Part shown: positions 48,393-58,226 of the stretch, one piece after another | How the letters are laid out: each line of letters begins with the position of its first letter | How positions within the stretch are numbered: position 1 is the first letter of the stretch | NCBI GenBank assembly: GCA_016719225.1 | Contig: JADKAN010000004.1 | Span: 512,167 to 576,166 of the forward strand | DNA length: 64,000 nucleotides | Source of the DNA: Flavobacteriales bacterium | Lineage (GTDB): Bacteria > Bacteroidota > Bacteroidia > Flavobacteriales_F > PHOS-HE28 | Direction of reading: 5' to 3' | Program-made: the position numbers and the translations under genes | Notes under the pieces: model-generated | What the model was told of the DNA's origin: nothing | What the model saw: only the letters and a program-made list of their open reading frames with translations | Database searches by the model: none

Positions 48393-51065
48393 TTGCACTC
48401 GACTTCTTCCGCCATGAATCTTCGGTCCGCTTTTTTCCTCGCTGCGTTGGTATCCACCGGTCTTTTGCAGGCGCAGTTGACCGGGGATCCGAATCCGACC
48501 GCTCTTCAGTTGGTGAACAATGTGCTCTTGGGTGGAGGGGTTACAGCGAGCAACGTAACATTCACGGGCGGCACGACCGGCAGAGGCTCGTTCAGCGCCA
48601 TCGGGACCAACCTGGGTTTGGAATCCGGCGTTATCCTCACAACGGGAGTGGTCCCTGACGTGTTGGATCCAATGAGTTGGGGTGGAAGCAACGGCGCTGG
48701 CTCGGATAATGATCTGGTGGCACTCTCAGGTCAGAACATCAACGACAAGGCGGTCCTGGAATTTGATTTTATACCCACGGGGGATTCGCTGCACTTCCGT
48801 TTTGTTTTTGCATCGATGGAGTATCCGGTCTTCGTCTGCAGTAATTACAACGATGCCTTCGGGTTCTTTATCAGCGGACCGGGGATTACCGGGCCGTTCT
48901 CAAATAATTCCAAGAACATTGCCTTGGTCCCGAACACAACCATACCCATAACGATCAATACCATCAATTCAGGGTCGGTTGGTTCGTCGGGAACGGCATC
49001 GACGTGTGCTGCAGCCGACCCGAACTGGCAGTCGAACAACGTTTATTTCGTGAACAACAGCAACACGCCGACTGTCGTTTTCCCCGGCTTCACCACCGTG
49101 CTTACGGCGTTGGCCCAAGTGCAGTGCGGAGAGACCTACCACATTAAGCTGGCCATCGGGAATGGTGTGGACAGTGGCTTGCAATCCGCTGTCTTTCTCG
49201 AAGCCGGAAGCTTCGCCAGCTCCGGCCAAGTGGTTCCCACGCTCACTACCGGAGGTCTGGGTCTTAGCGCCAACGACAGCACGATGTTCGAGGGCTGCGG
49301 GGTGATCCCCTTCAACTTCCATCGCATGGGGGACACCACCAATACCGACACAGTCCACTTGATCATCGGCGGTACGGCCACACCCGGTGTGGATTACTAC
49401 CCACCGATCCCCAACATGCTGATCTACCAGCCCGGCGATACGGTGTTGAACTTCCCTCTCACCGTTCCCTATGACCCGGACGGGTTGGAGACGGTGACGA
49501 TCGAGGTGACCGAGAAAATCGTTTGCAGCGGACAGACCGTTGTGAACAACTACACTTTCTACATCGATCAATACCCGGACCTGAACGTGGTTACCACGAA
49601 TGTGAGCGGTGCCTGCGGGCAGGACTATGATATCGGCCCGACAGTAACGCAAGGCGCGGGCTACTACGGTTACCTCTGGAGCACGGGCGGAACCACGCCC
49701 ACCATCAATGTGCAGGTGGACACCACAACCACGTTCTACGTCACGGTAACGGATACCTGCAGCTTGGCACCGGTGCAGGACAGTATCACCGTGAGCATTC
49801 CCAATTATCCGCCCTTGCAAGTGACCGTGAGCCCGGACCTGGCCATTCCTTGCTTGCAAACGGATGATATCTCGGTGACCAGCACGGTGGGCGGTAATTC
49901 GCAGTTCACCTACGTTTGGACGCTGAATGGTCAACCCATAGGTACAACGCCCACTATCAATGTGCCTGCCGGCCCACCCTTGTGGTATGTGCTCACGGCC
50001 GAAGAGGGCTGTGGGCATACCGCGCAGGATTCGGTCCTGGTCACCACCGTCCCCTTGCCGGGGATCGAGGTCCAGAATTGGGACAGCACTGTATTCTGTA
50101 TCGGGGATTCGGTGGTTCTCTTTCCGTTGGGTGTTAGCGGCGGAAATGGGGTTTACTCATATAGTTGGACCAACAGTGCTGGGGTCATCCTTAGCAATGC
50201 GGATACGCTATTGGTGGGTGTTCCCGCGGATTCTGCCTACGTGCTGCACGTGCAGGACCAATGCGGCTACATGGCCGACAGCGTGTTCAATACGATCGTG
50301 CCACGCTATGCTCCATTCATCATCTCCCTCACGCCGGACAGTACTATTTGTTCCGGTGACTCCATCAAGTTGTGGGCGCTTGTCACCGGCGGAAGTGGCG
50401 TGCACACCTTCGATTGGGAGGGCTGGGACTGGAGCGACCCCCAGTTCACCTATTCCGGGGATGAAGACGCCAGCTTCGTCGTGGACGTACTGGACCAATG
50501 CGGGGAGGTGATCTCTGCGGTAAGCCAAGTGACGGTGCAACATCCTGAGGCGCACATCCTTATTGATAACCAAGGGGAGGACGACTGGCTTTTCCAAGCT
50601 CGCACGGTTCCCTTAATTGCGCCAGTGATGATCTGGGACCTGGGCGACGGGACCAAGGTGAAGGCCACCAGTACCACACACAGTTACCTGGACCGGGAGG
50701 ACCATTGGGTGACGCTTCATATCGTGAGCGACGAAGGGTGCAAGGCCGTGGACAGCCTGCTGGTAGTGGCTCCAGGTGCGCTTTACTTCCCGAACGCGTT
50801 CACCCCGGACGGCGACGGCATCAACGACACCTTCGGGCCCGCTGGTGCGGCCATCGACCAGTTCAAGATGACCATCTTCGACCGTTGGGGCCATGTGGTG
50901 TACGAGACCGAGAGCATGGATAAGCCTTGGGACGGTAAGGTGAATGGTGGTGCGGACGCTGAAACCGGGGTCTACGTTTACCTCTATCGCGCAAAAGGCC
51001 ATTACTTTGAAGCGGACAAACGGTACGGCCATGTTACTTTGGTCCGCGGTTCCAATGGCCGCTGA
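48393..51065 (+). CDS. T9SS type-B (gliding-motility-associated, CHU_C) C-terminal sorting domain protein, with a choice-of-anchor-L-like N-terminal domain and internal Ig-like repeats
   Basis: 890 aa with a signal peptide. The C-terminus (ALYFPNAFTPDGDGINDTFGPAGA...FDRWGHVVYETES...GVYVYLYRA) matches the gliding-motility C-terminal domain. The N-terminal 280 aa are shared with the next gene. Confidence 0.75.
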   Translation: MHSTSSAMNLRSAFFLAALVSTGLLQAQLTGDPNPTALQLVNNVLLGGGVTASNVTFTGGTTGRGSFSAIGTNLGLESGVILTTGVVPDVLDPMSWGGSNGAGSDNDLVALSGQNINDKAVLEFDFIPTGDSLHFRFVFASMEYPVFVCSNYNDAFGFFISGPGITGPFSNNSKNIALVPNTTIPITINTINSGSVGSSGTASTCAAADPNWQSNNVYFVNNSNTPTVVFPGFTTVLTALAQVQCGETYHIKLAIGNGVDSGLQSAVFLEAGSFASSGQVVPTLTTGGLGLSANDSTMFEGCGVIPFNFHRMGDTTNTDTVHLIIGGTATPGVDYYPPIPNMLIYQPGDTVLNFPLTVPYDPDGLETVTIEVTEKIVCSGQTVVNNYTFYIDQYPDLNVVTTNVSGACGQDYDIGPTVTQGAGYYGYLWSTGGTTPTINVQVDTTTTFYVTVTDTCSLAPVQDSITVSIPNYPPLQVTVSPDLAIPCLQTDDISVTSTVGGNSQFTYVWTLNGQPIGTTPTINVPAGPPLWYVLTAEEGCGHTAQDSVLVTTVPLPGIEVQNWDSTVFCIGDSVVLFPLGVSGGNGVYSYSWTNSAGVILSNADTLLVGVPADSAYVLHVQDQCGYMADSVFNTIVPRYAPFIISLTPDSTICSGDSIKLWALVTGGSGVHTFDWEGWDWSDPQFTYSGDEDASFVVDVLDQCGEVISAVSQVTVQHPEAHILIDNQGEDDWLFQARTVPLIAPVMIWDLGDGTKVKATSTTHSYLDREDHWVTLHIVSDEGCKAVDSLLVVAPGALYFPNAFTPDGDGINDTFGPAGAAIDQFKMTIFDRWGHVVYETESMDKPWDGKVNGGADAETGVYVYLYRAKGHYFEADKRYGHVTLVRGSNGR

Positions 51066-51084
51066 ACACCTCTTACCCTAAAGC

Positions 51085-52677
51085 ATGAAACGCAGCTTAT
51101 TGGCCCTTGCGGCACTTTCCTTCGCCACGGGTGGTTTTGCGCAGTTGATCGTTTCCACGAGCCTAACCCCTGAACAATTGGTCCAGGATGTACTGGTGGG
51201 TACAGGGGTGCAAGTTTCCAACGTTACCTACAACGGGTTCTTTGTCAGCCAGCCACAGGTCGGCTCGGGTTCATTCACCAACGGGAACACCACGGAGCTG
51301 GGTTTGCCTGCGGGGATCATCCTTGCCAGTGGTCAGGCCCAGCACACCGCGGATCCGGCCAGTGATTTCATGAGCGACCAGAACGGCACAGGGTCAGACC
51401 CCGACCTGGCGATCTTGGCCTCCGATAACGTGAATGACCGCGCGGTGCTGGAGTTCGATTTCGTTCCCACCGGGGATTCCATCAAATTCAACTACGTTTT
51501 CGGTTCCGAGGAATATCCGGAGTTCGTAGGCAGCTTCAACGATGCCTTCGGCTTTTTCCTGAGCGGACCCGGCATTTCCGGGCCATATTCCAACGGTGCC
51601 ATTAATATTGCCGTGCTCCCTGACGGCGTTACGCCGGTCACCATCAACAACGTGAACGATGGTATCAATTCGCAGTACTACGTGGATAATTCCAGCGGCC
51701 AGTTCATCGTTTTTGACGGCTTGACGGTGACGTTACAGGCGCGTGCCCAAGTGGTCTGTGGCGCGACATACCATATCAAGCTCGCCATTGGAGATGCGCT
51801 CGATCAGTCCTATGATTCCGGGGTTTTCCTTCAGGCTGGCAGTTTTGCCTCCAATGCTGTTCCCAGCCTGACCTCATCCACGGTTTTCGGTGATGGCATT
51901 CTGGCGGAAGGCTGTTTGCCCGGCACCTTCACGGTATACCGGCCTGATGGCACCGACTCGTTGAATTTTACCATTGAACATACCCTTACCGGTACGGCCA
52001 CGAACGGCGTGGATTACACAGGGATCCCCAATGTGATCACTGTGCCCATCGGTCAGGATTCAGTCGTTTATACGGTGAGTGCCGCGGAAGATGGTGTGAC
52101 CGAAGGCCCCGAAACCATCATCTTGTCCGTGTTCATCGTGAACGCTTGCGGAGATACCTTGGGTGATTCCCAAACGCTGACCATCCAGGATTATGTGCCG
52201 CTGGAGATCCAGACGCAGACCAACATCCTGCTCACCTGTGATCAGGATTCCATCCCACTATTGGCAGCTTACACAGGTGGGTACGGCCCCACCACCTTGC
52301 TGTGGAATGATAGCTTGGCTAACCCGCAATTCTGGGTGCCCGGACAGGAGGATGGCGATTATGTAGTTACGGTAAGTGATGCATGTCCCCGGTCCACGTC
52401 GGCAACCGTACACATCGATGCCGGTTGCGTGGTGATCATTCCGAATGTGATCACGCCCAACGGTGATGGTAGTAACGATAAGTTCGTGGTGAAAGGGATC
52501 CTGGGCCGCGACAACCAGGTCCAGATCTGGGACCGTTGGGGCAAGGAGGTGCTGAACACCTACAATTACCGGAACAACTTCGGTGCGAACGATCTGCACG
52601 ACGGCACTTACTTCTACAAGATCCGGGTGTTGGAGAAAGAATACACGGGACACCTGACCGTGCTGGGCAGCAACTAG
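51085..52677 (+). CDS. T9SS type-B C-terminal sorting domain protein, tandem paralog of the previous gene
   Basis: 530 aa; the N-terminal domain aligns by eye with the upstream gene (NDRAVLEFDFVPTGDSIKFNYVFGSEEYPEFVGSFNDAFGFFLSGPGISGPYSN; YHIKLAIGDALDQSYDSGVFLQAGSFAS). C-terminus: IPNVITPNGDGSNDKFVVKG...QIWDRWGKEV...GTYFYKI. Confidence 0.75.
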   Translation: MKRSLLALAALSFATGGFAQLIVSTSLTPEQLVQDVLVGTGVQVSNVTYNGFFVSQPQVGSGSFTNGNTTELGLPAGIILASGQAQHTADPASDFMSDQNGTGSDPDLAILASDNVNDRAVLEFDFVPTGDSIKFNYVFGSEEYPEFVGSFNDAFGFFLSGPGISGPYSNGAINIAVLPDGVTPVTINNVNDGINSQYYVDNSSGQFIVFDGLTVTLQARAQVVCGATYHIKLAIGDALDQSYDSGVFLQAGSFASNAVPSLTSSTVFGDGILAEGCLPGTFTVYRPDGTDSLNFTIEHTLTGTATNGVDYTGIPNVITVPIGQDSVVYTVSAAEDGVTEGPETIILSVFIVNACGDTLGDSQTLTIQDYVPLEIQTQTNILLTCDQDSIPLLAAYTGGYGPTTLLWNDSLANPQFWVPGQEDGDYVVTVSDACPRSTSATVHIDAGCVVIIPNVITPNGDGSNDKFVVKGILGRDNQVQIWDRWGKEVLNTYNYRNNFGANDLHDGTYFYKIRVLEKEYTGHLTVLGSN

Positions 52678-52786
52678 AAGGGCAGCGGTTCAGCGGTTCC
52701 CGTTCAGGTCCCGCTCGGATCAACAAGCTTGTGTCCGTTTAGCACAACCGGAGCTTTTCGCATACTCGGGCGTGAATACGGTAAAC

Positions 52787-54331
52787 TCAGGCCGTGAGCA
52801 ACGATCGGCCCGTCATTTCAGGAGGCTGGGGAATGCCCATCAGGTCCAGCAGGGTCGGAGCCACATCCGCGAGGATGCCGTCCTGAACATGCACATCGCG
52901 TTCAGTGAGTACGAAGATGGGTACCGGGTTCACCGTGTGCGCTGTGTTCGGGCTTCCGTCCGGGTTCACCGCCTTATCCGCATTTCCGTGATCCGCTATG
53001 ATGACGAAGCTCCAGCCGTGCTTCAACCCTGTTTCCACGACCCGCTTTGCGCAGGCGTCCGTGGTCTCAACTGCCTTAACGATCGCCGGGAAAACACCGG
53101 TATGCCCCACCATGTCCGGGTTGGCGAAATTCAGTACCACCAGGTTGTTAGCTGGATCCGCCAATGCATTTTCCGCTGAATCGGCCACGGCGTTGGCACT
53201 CATTTCAGGCTGCAGGTCATAGGTGGCCACTTTCGGGCTGGGTGATACCGTGCGCGTTTCACCTGGGAAAGGTTCTTCACGGCCACCGCTGAAGAAGAAG
53301 GTGACGTGTGGATATTTCTCTGTTTCCGCCAAGCGCACTTGTCCCAAGCCGGCCTTTGACACGACTTCACCCAAGGTCATGGCCAGATCGTCCTTCCGAA
53401 AGAGGACCTGCACATTCTTGAAACGATGATCGTACTCGGTCATAGTGACATAGTGCAGCGCCAGTGGCTCCATGCCCTGTTCCGGCAACGGGCGTTGAGT
53501 GAGCACCTCTGTGATCTCCCGGCAACGGTCAGTGCGGAAGTTGAAACAGAGCACCACATCGCCCGGCCGGATGTGCGCAAGCGGACGCTGGTCAATGCCC
53601 ACGATGGCACAAGGCTCGATGAACTCATCGGTGATGCCTTTGACATAGCTCTCCTCGAAGGCCCAAGCTGCGTTCGGTGCGCGGTTACCGATGCCATGCA
53701 CCAGCAGGTCGTACGCTTTCTTGATCCGCTCCCAGCGTTTGTCGCGGTCCATGGCAAAATAACGTCCGCAAACACTCGCGATCTGTGCGGTCGTGCCCGC
53801 AATGTCGCTTTCCAAACTGCGGATGAAGGCCAGTCCGCTCTTGGGGTCGGTATCGCGCCCGTCGGTGAAGGCATGGATAAAGACTTCTTTGAGTCCCGCT
53901 TCGGTGGCGAGCTTACACAAGGCCACCAGGTGGGCCTGCATGGCATGCACGCCGCCGGTGCCGACGAGCCCCATCAAGTGCAGGCGCTTGCCGGGCTGGG
54001 CAGCATCGATGAATGCGGCTTGCAGCACAGGATTCTTCCCCAAGCTTCCATCAGCTACGGCACGGTCCACGCGCATCAGGTCCTGGAACACGATGCGGCC
54101 CGCGCCGATGTTGAGGTGGCCCACTTCGCTATTGCCCATCTGGCCTTTTGGTAGCCCAACATTCTCTCCGTAAGTGCGCAAGCGGGCATGTGGCGAAGAG
54201 GTGAAAAGGCCCTTGATAAAAGGCGTATTGGCTTGAGCGATGGCATCCGTGGAATCCCCGGCACCGATGCCCCATCCGTCCAATATCACTAAAGCGGCTT
54301 TACCGGGCTTGGGAAGATCGTTGTGGCTCAT
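52787..54331 (-). CDS. gpmI: 2,3-bisphosphoglycerate-independent phosphoglycerate mutase
   Basis: 514 aa; ILDGWG, the catalytic Ser region (MGNSEVGHLNIGAGR) and the Mn-binding C-terminal domain (ADHGNAD). Confidence 0.9.
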   Translation of the reverse strand: MSHNDLPKPGKAALVILDGWGIGAGDSTDAIAQANTPFIKGLFTSSPHARLRTYGENVGLPKGQMGNSEVGHLNIGAGRIVFQDLMRVDRAVADGSLGKNPVLQAAFIDAAQPGKRLHLMGLVGTGGVHAMQAHLVALCKLATEAGLKEVFIHAFTDGRDTDPKSGLAFIRSLESDIAGTTAQIASVCGRYFAMDRDKRWERIKKAYDLLVHGIGNRAPNAAWAFEESYVKGITDEFIEPCAIVGIDQRPLAHIRPGDVVLCFNFRTDRCREITEVLTQRPLPEQGMEPLALHYVTMTEYDHRFKNVQVLFRKDDLAMTLGEVVSKAGLGQVRLAETEKYPHVTFFFSGGREEPFPGETRTVSPSPKVATYDLQPEMSANAVADSAENALADPANNLVVLNFANPDMVGHTGVFPAIVKAVETTDACAKRVVETGLKHGWSFVIIADHGNADKAVNPDGSPNTAHTVNPVPIFVLTERDVHVQDGILADVAPTLLDLMGIPQPPEMTGRSLLTA

Positions 54332-55284
54332 GCTTGGTCGGGAAAGACGGCCTCAAAGGTAGCCCCGTGCGGCTCGGTATGTCTGTACTTCAGCGTTCCG
54401 CCGATCTCCTCCATGGTGCGCTGCACAATGAACAACCCGAGTCCGACGCCCTTCGCTGTTCGGGTGGATTCGCTGCCACCACGGAAGAATTTCTCATACA
54501 TGCGCTCTTGGTCCCGCGGTTGGATCCCGGGGCCTTCATCGCTTACCCGCAACTTCACACCGGAAGGAACGCGTTCAACGGCCACTTGGACATTCGTGCC
54601 CTGTGGGGCGTACTTGCAGGAGTTCTCCACCAAGTTGCCTAGGACGGTGCGGAAAGCGTCCGCATCCGTTCGCGCCGCGAGTTCCGCTGGCGCGTCAAGC
54701 GCGAGCTCATGACCAGTGCCATGGGTAAGGGCTGCCTCCTTCACCAGGAACCGCGCCAACGCAGCCAGATCGACGGGAGCGAACACCAACGGTTCCGACC
54801 TGTTCTCCAACCGACTGGCTTGAAGGATACGTTCCGAAAGGCCGTGCAAGCGTTCCACATCCTCGCGGGCGTGCCGCGAAAGTTGCTTGCGCTGTTCCTC
54901 CTGCAGCCCGGGACGCTCCAAGGTCTGTAAGTGCAATTTCAACCCGGCGATCGGCGTCCTCAGCTCATGGCTTACGGCAAGAATAAAGTCCTGCTGTTGC
55001 CGCGCGAGCTGCAGGTCATGCCGCACGGTGCGGTAAGTGGCCCACAGGCCGGCCAGCAACAAAAGCAGGAACACCATGCCTTCGCCCAACACCATCATGC
55101 GGGCATGCTGCGGTTGGCGCACCGGAAGCACAGGCACCAGACCGGCGGCCGCCAACTGGGACTGCAAGGCAAGAATATCCCGGTCCTTGCTTAGCAAAAG
55201 CCACATCCACCAAGCGGATTGAAGGAGCATGTAAAGCACCAACAGGCCGAAGAGGACCACGGGAGCACGCGGGCGGCGGGTCAT
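54328..55284 (-). CDS. Sensor histidine kinase (two TM helices, HisKA, HATPase_c); no adjacent response regulator
   Basis: H-box ILAVSHELRTPIAGL, N-box LGNLVENSCKYA, and a G-box region (GVGLGL). Start taken at the internal Met MTRRPRAP (55284); a longer ORF would overlap the HD gene. Confidence 0.75.
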   Translation of the reverse strand: MTRRPRAPVVLFGLLVLYMLLQSAWWMWLLLSKDRDILALQSQLAAAGLVPVLPVRQPQHARMMVLGEGMVFLLLLLAGLWATYRTVRHDLQLARQQQDFILAVSHELRTPIAGLKLHLQTLERPGLQEEQRKQLSRHAREDVERLHGLSERILQASRLENRSEPLVFAPVDLAALARFLVKEAALTHGTGHELALDAPAELAARTDADAFRTVLGNLVENSCKYAPQGTNVQVAVERVPSGVKLRVSDEGPGIQPRDQERMYEKFFRGGSESTRTAKGVGLGLFIVQRTMEEIGGTLKYRHTEPHGATFEAVFPDQA

Positions 55285-55350
55285 TCCCCAAAAGTAGCGC
55301 GAGGGGATGTTTTCCCGGTCGAAGCACCTCCTTACCTTGTGCCGCAGAAC

Positions 55351-55944
55351 ATGGCAGATCTCCGGGACATGCACGCTTTCATCGTGCGTTGGATGCGTGA
55401 GCATGCGGACGAACAAATGCCTTACCACGACGTGGGCCATACGCTCGACGTGGCCGAAGCCGCCATGCGCATCGCAGAGGCGGAGGGATTGGGGAACGAA
55501 GAAATGGACCTGCTCAACGCTGCGGCCTTGTTCCACGATACAGGGCACCAGATCTCAGGCCCCAAGAACCACGAGGAAGTGAGCTGCGGTTTTGCCCGCG
55601 AACACCTCCCGCAATTCGGATTCGCTCCCATGGAAGTGGAGCGCATCTGCCAGAACATCATGGCCACGCGCATACCTCAAACGCCATTCGATGCAACCAG
55701 CCGTGCGCTTTGCGATGCGGACCTCGATTACCTGGGTCGGCCGGATTTCGCCTCAAAAGGCGGAAAGCTTTTCGACGAATTGCGCAACCGTGGCGCCCTC
55801 AAGACCGAGCGGGAGTGGAATATGATCCAGGAACAATTCCTGGACAAACACCATTATCACACCAAGTACTCCAAAAAGCACCGCGAGCCCGCCAAGAAGC
55901 GCCACCTCGCAGAAGTGCGCCAGTGGTTGGTCGACAATCCCTAA
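55351..55944 (+). CDS. HD domain phosphohydrolase
   Basis: MPYHDVGHTLDV ... ALFHDTGH (H..HD...D motif set); start taken at the internal Met MADLRDM. Confidence 0.7.
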   Translation: MADLRDMHAFIVRWMREHADEQMPYHDVGHTLDVAEAAMRIAEAEGLGNEEMDLLNAAALFHDTGHQISGPKNHEEVSCGFAREHLPQFGFAPMEVERICQNIMATRIPQTPFDATSRALCDADLDYLGRPDFASKGGKLFDELRNRGALKTEREWNMIQEQFLDKHHYHTKYSKKHREPAKKRHLAEVRQWLVDNP

Positions 55945-55978
55945 CGTGGCCAGAACCACTCGGACCCGATCGGAACGC

Positions 55979-56003
55979 AAAAACCCCCGACCATGGCCGG
56001 GGG
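55979..56003 (-). terminator. Rho-independent terminator downstream of tRNA-Phe (minus strand)
   Basis: The minus strand reads GCCCCCGGCCATGGTCGGGGGTTTTT: a 6-bp GC stem, 8-nt loop and a T5 tract. Confidence 0.7.
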
Positions 56004-56013
56004 CTTGCTTCAG

Positions 56014-56086
56014 TGGTGCCTCCCAGAATCGAACTGGGGACACATGGATTTTCAATCCATTGCTCTACCAGCTGAGCTAAGGCACC
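56014..56086 (-). tRNA. tRNA-Phe(GAA): tRNA-Phe (anticodon GAA)
   Basis: The reverse complement reads GGTGCCTTAGCTCAGCTGGTAGAGCAATGGATTGAAAATCCATGTGTCCCCAGTTCGATTCTGGGAGGCACCA, a canonical cloverleaf with GAA in the anticodon loop and CCA encoded. Confidence 0.9.
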
Positions 56087-56166
56087 GTAGCTCCCATCTT
56101 TGCACCTTGGACCGCCAGCGGACCGGGTGGTGAACGGGGCGGCAAATATAGCGGGAAGCTCGATCC

Positions 56167-56925
56167 ATGGAACACATTGCTGTTGAACTGGTGCTGGACG
56201 TTGGCAACACGCGCATGAAATTGGGGCTTTTCCAACAGGGAAGGCTGATCCACAGGGCCTTCGCCACGCACGGAGGTCGCGCGGAGGTTCTTCAATTCCT
56301 AGGTGCACATAGGCCAGCGCATATCGCCGTGGGCTCCGTGGCCAAGATCGATGGGTCTTTTCATGCCTTTTTAGAGCATATAGCACCGGTGATGCAGATC
56401 TTGCCGGGCACTCCGTCCCCCGTTGTGACCCGTTATGCTACGCCGGACACCTTGGGCGTGGACCGCATGGCCAATGCCGTGGGCGCCGCGTTGCTCTTTC
56501 CAGAGCGTCCTGCGCTGGTCATCGACCTGGGCACGTGCATTACTTATGATCTAGTTGACGCTTTAGCGGTACACCAAGGTGGTGCGATAAGTCCCGGAAT
56601 GACCATGAGAGCCAAGGCCATGCACGCCTACAGTGCTGCCTTGCCCGAAGTGATGCCGCCTGAAAACCCGCCTTTTCCTGGCTTGGACACCCCGCAATGC
56701 CTCTCGGCCGGCATGCACTTTGGCATCTGCTCGGAAATGCGCGGGATCATTGCGGATCTGGCACAACAACACCCCGGGCTGGTCGTTGTGCTCACCGGCG
56801 GCGACGCACCCCGATTCGTCAAGGCCCTGAAAAGCGGCATCTTTGCGCACCCAACGCTCACTCTTATCGGATTGCATGGCATTCTTCACCACCACTCGCG
56901 TTACGGCACTGCTTTTTCTTCTTGA
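56167..56925 (+). CDS. coaX: Type III pantothenate kinase
   Basis: LVLDVGNTRMKLGLF N-terminus; 252 aa. Confidence 0.85.
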   Translation: MEHIAVELVLDVGNTRMKLGLFQQGRLIHRAFATHGGRAEVLQFLGAHRPAHIAVGSVAKIDGSFHAFLEHIAPVMQILPGTPSPVVTRYATPDTLGVDRMANAVGAALLFPERPALVIDLGTCITYDLVDALAVHQGGAISPGMTMRAKAMHAYSAALPEVMPPENPPFPGLDTPQCLSAGMHFGICSEMRGIIADLAQQHPGLVVVLTGGDAPRFVKALKSGIFAHPTLTLIGLHGILHHHSRYGTAFSS

Positions 56926-58222
56926 GGCCTCGGCCGCAGTGTGCGCGCAAAGCAGCGGTTCGCCGTACAGCGCATACGGATTCGGCGACCTGTTACCAAC
57001 GGGGCAAACCTCGCAGGCATTAAAGGGTGGGACCGGACTGGCACTTTCGGAGCCGTTCAGCCTTTCATTCGGCAATCCGGCCAGTTATGCAGCGCTTGCC
57101 AGGCCAGTGTTCGAAGTGGGCTTCAATGCATCCACGGTAAAGTCCACTTCGGCCATCGGCAATGCCTCGCGCCAAAGTGCGGATCTCACCGGCTTCAGCA
57201 TCGGCATCCCGTTCGGCTCCGGGAAGTGGGGTATCGGTATGGGGCTTACACCTTACAGCCATGTGGATTATTCAACTTCCTCCACGGTGTCCACAGCGGA
57301 CGGCGACGTACGCTTCAACTACAGTGGAGGTGGTGGCCTGGACCGTGCTTTCTTCGGTGTGGGACGTTCCCTGCTTCCCCAACGTTACGATTCGCTGGGC
57401 CAGGCCGGCATGACCTTACGGCTCGGTGCTGAGTTCAATTTCCTCTTTGGCAACGTGGAGCAGACGCGTGATGCGATCTATCCTTCCTTCGACGGCTTCA
57501 ATAATACACGCGCTTTCTCCAGCTTAGTGCTCCGTGCGCCCACGGCCAGCGCAAGTTTGATGTGGCAGGGTGACCTGACCCGGAAGAAGACGAAAGGTGC
57601 GGATAACTGGCGATGGGGGATCGGGCTTTCCGCGGACATGCCCGCATCCGTGGAGGCGCATTACAACCGTTTGGCTTACTCCTTCATCACCATCAATAAC
57701 ATCGAGACATTCCGTGATTCCATCACTTCGACCGATCGCTTGGGCGGCACCATCGACCTGCCGTTGGGCGTGGGTGTGGGCATTGGCGCACAGAATGCCC
57801 ATTTTGCAATATCCGCGGAATACCGCATGCGCGATTGGGCAGCAACGACCGTGAACGTGCCGGAATATGCGTTGCCCTCCGCACTTTCCAATTCCACGAC
57901 CATGGCCTTGGGCGCTACTTGGCGTCCGCAGGACGAGGGCTTACTTTTCCAGCGTGCGGTTTACCGCTTTGGCCTCCGACAGTCCCAAGGACCGATAGAA
58001 GTACGGGGCCATTTACTTACGACCAGCGCCGCCACGGCAGGCATGAGCCTTCCCCTCAATGCCATCCAGACCAATAGCTGGTTGCACTTGGGCGTGGAGG
58101 TCGGTTCACGTGGCACTACTGCCGACGGTCTTGTGAAGGAGCAATATGCGACGCTTTGGCTCGGCCTCACGTTCACGCCATGGCGCGGTGAACGTTGGTT
58201 CACCAAGCCAAAAATCCAGTGA
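56876..58222 (+). CDS. Hypothetical outer-membrane beta-barrel protein (porin-like)
   Basis: Signal peptide MAFFTTTRVTALLFLLEASAAVCAQ, alternating amphipathic beta-strand pattern, C-terminal ...WFTKPKIQ. Overlaps the coaX end. Confidence 0.5.
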   Translation: MAFFTTTRVTALLFLLEASAAVCAQSSGSPYSAYGFGDLLPTGQTSQALKGGTGLALSEPFSLSFGNPASYAALARPVFEVGFNASTVKSTSAIGNASRQSADLTGFSIGIPFGSGKWGIGMGLTPYSHVDYSTSSTVSTADGDVRFNYSGGGGLDRAFFGVGRSLLPQRYDSLGQAGMTLRLGAEFNFLFGNVEQTRDAIYPSFDGFNNTRAFSSLVLRAPTASASLMWQGDLTRKKTKGADNWRWGIGLSADMPASVEAHYNRLAYSFITINNIETFRDSITSTDRLGGTIDLPLGVGVGIGAQNAHFAISAEYRMRDWAATTVNVPEYALPSALSNSTTMALGATWRPQDEGLLFQRAVYRFGLRQSQGPIEVRGHLLTTSAATAGMSLPLNAIQTNSWLHLGVEVGSRGTTADGLVKEQYATLWLGLTFTPWRGERWFTKPKIQ

Positions 58223-58226
58223 TGGC

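Noticed and set aside
48969-50018. 349-aa minus-strand ORF inside the first T9SS cargo gene
   Set aside because: Arg/Gly/His-rich antisense translation with no domain signature.
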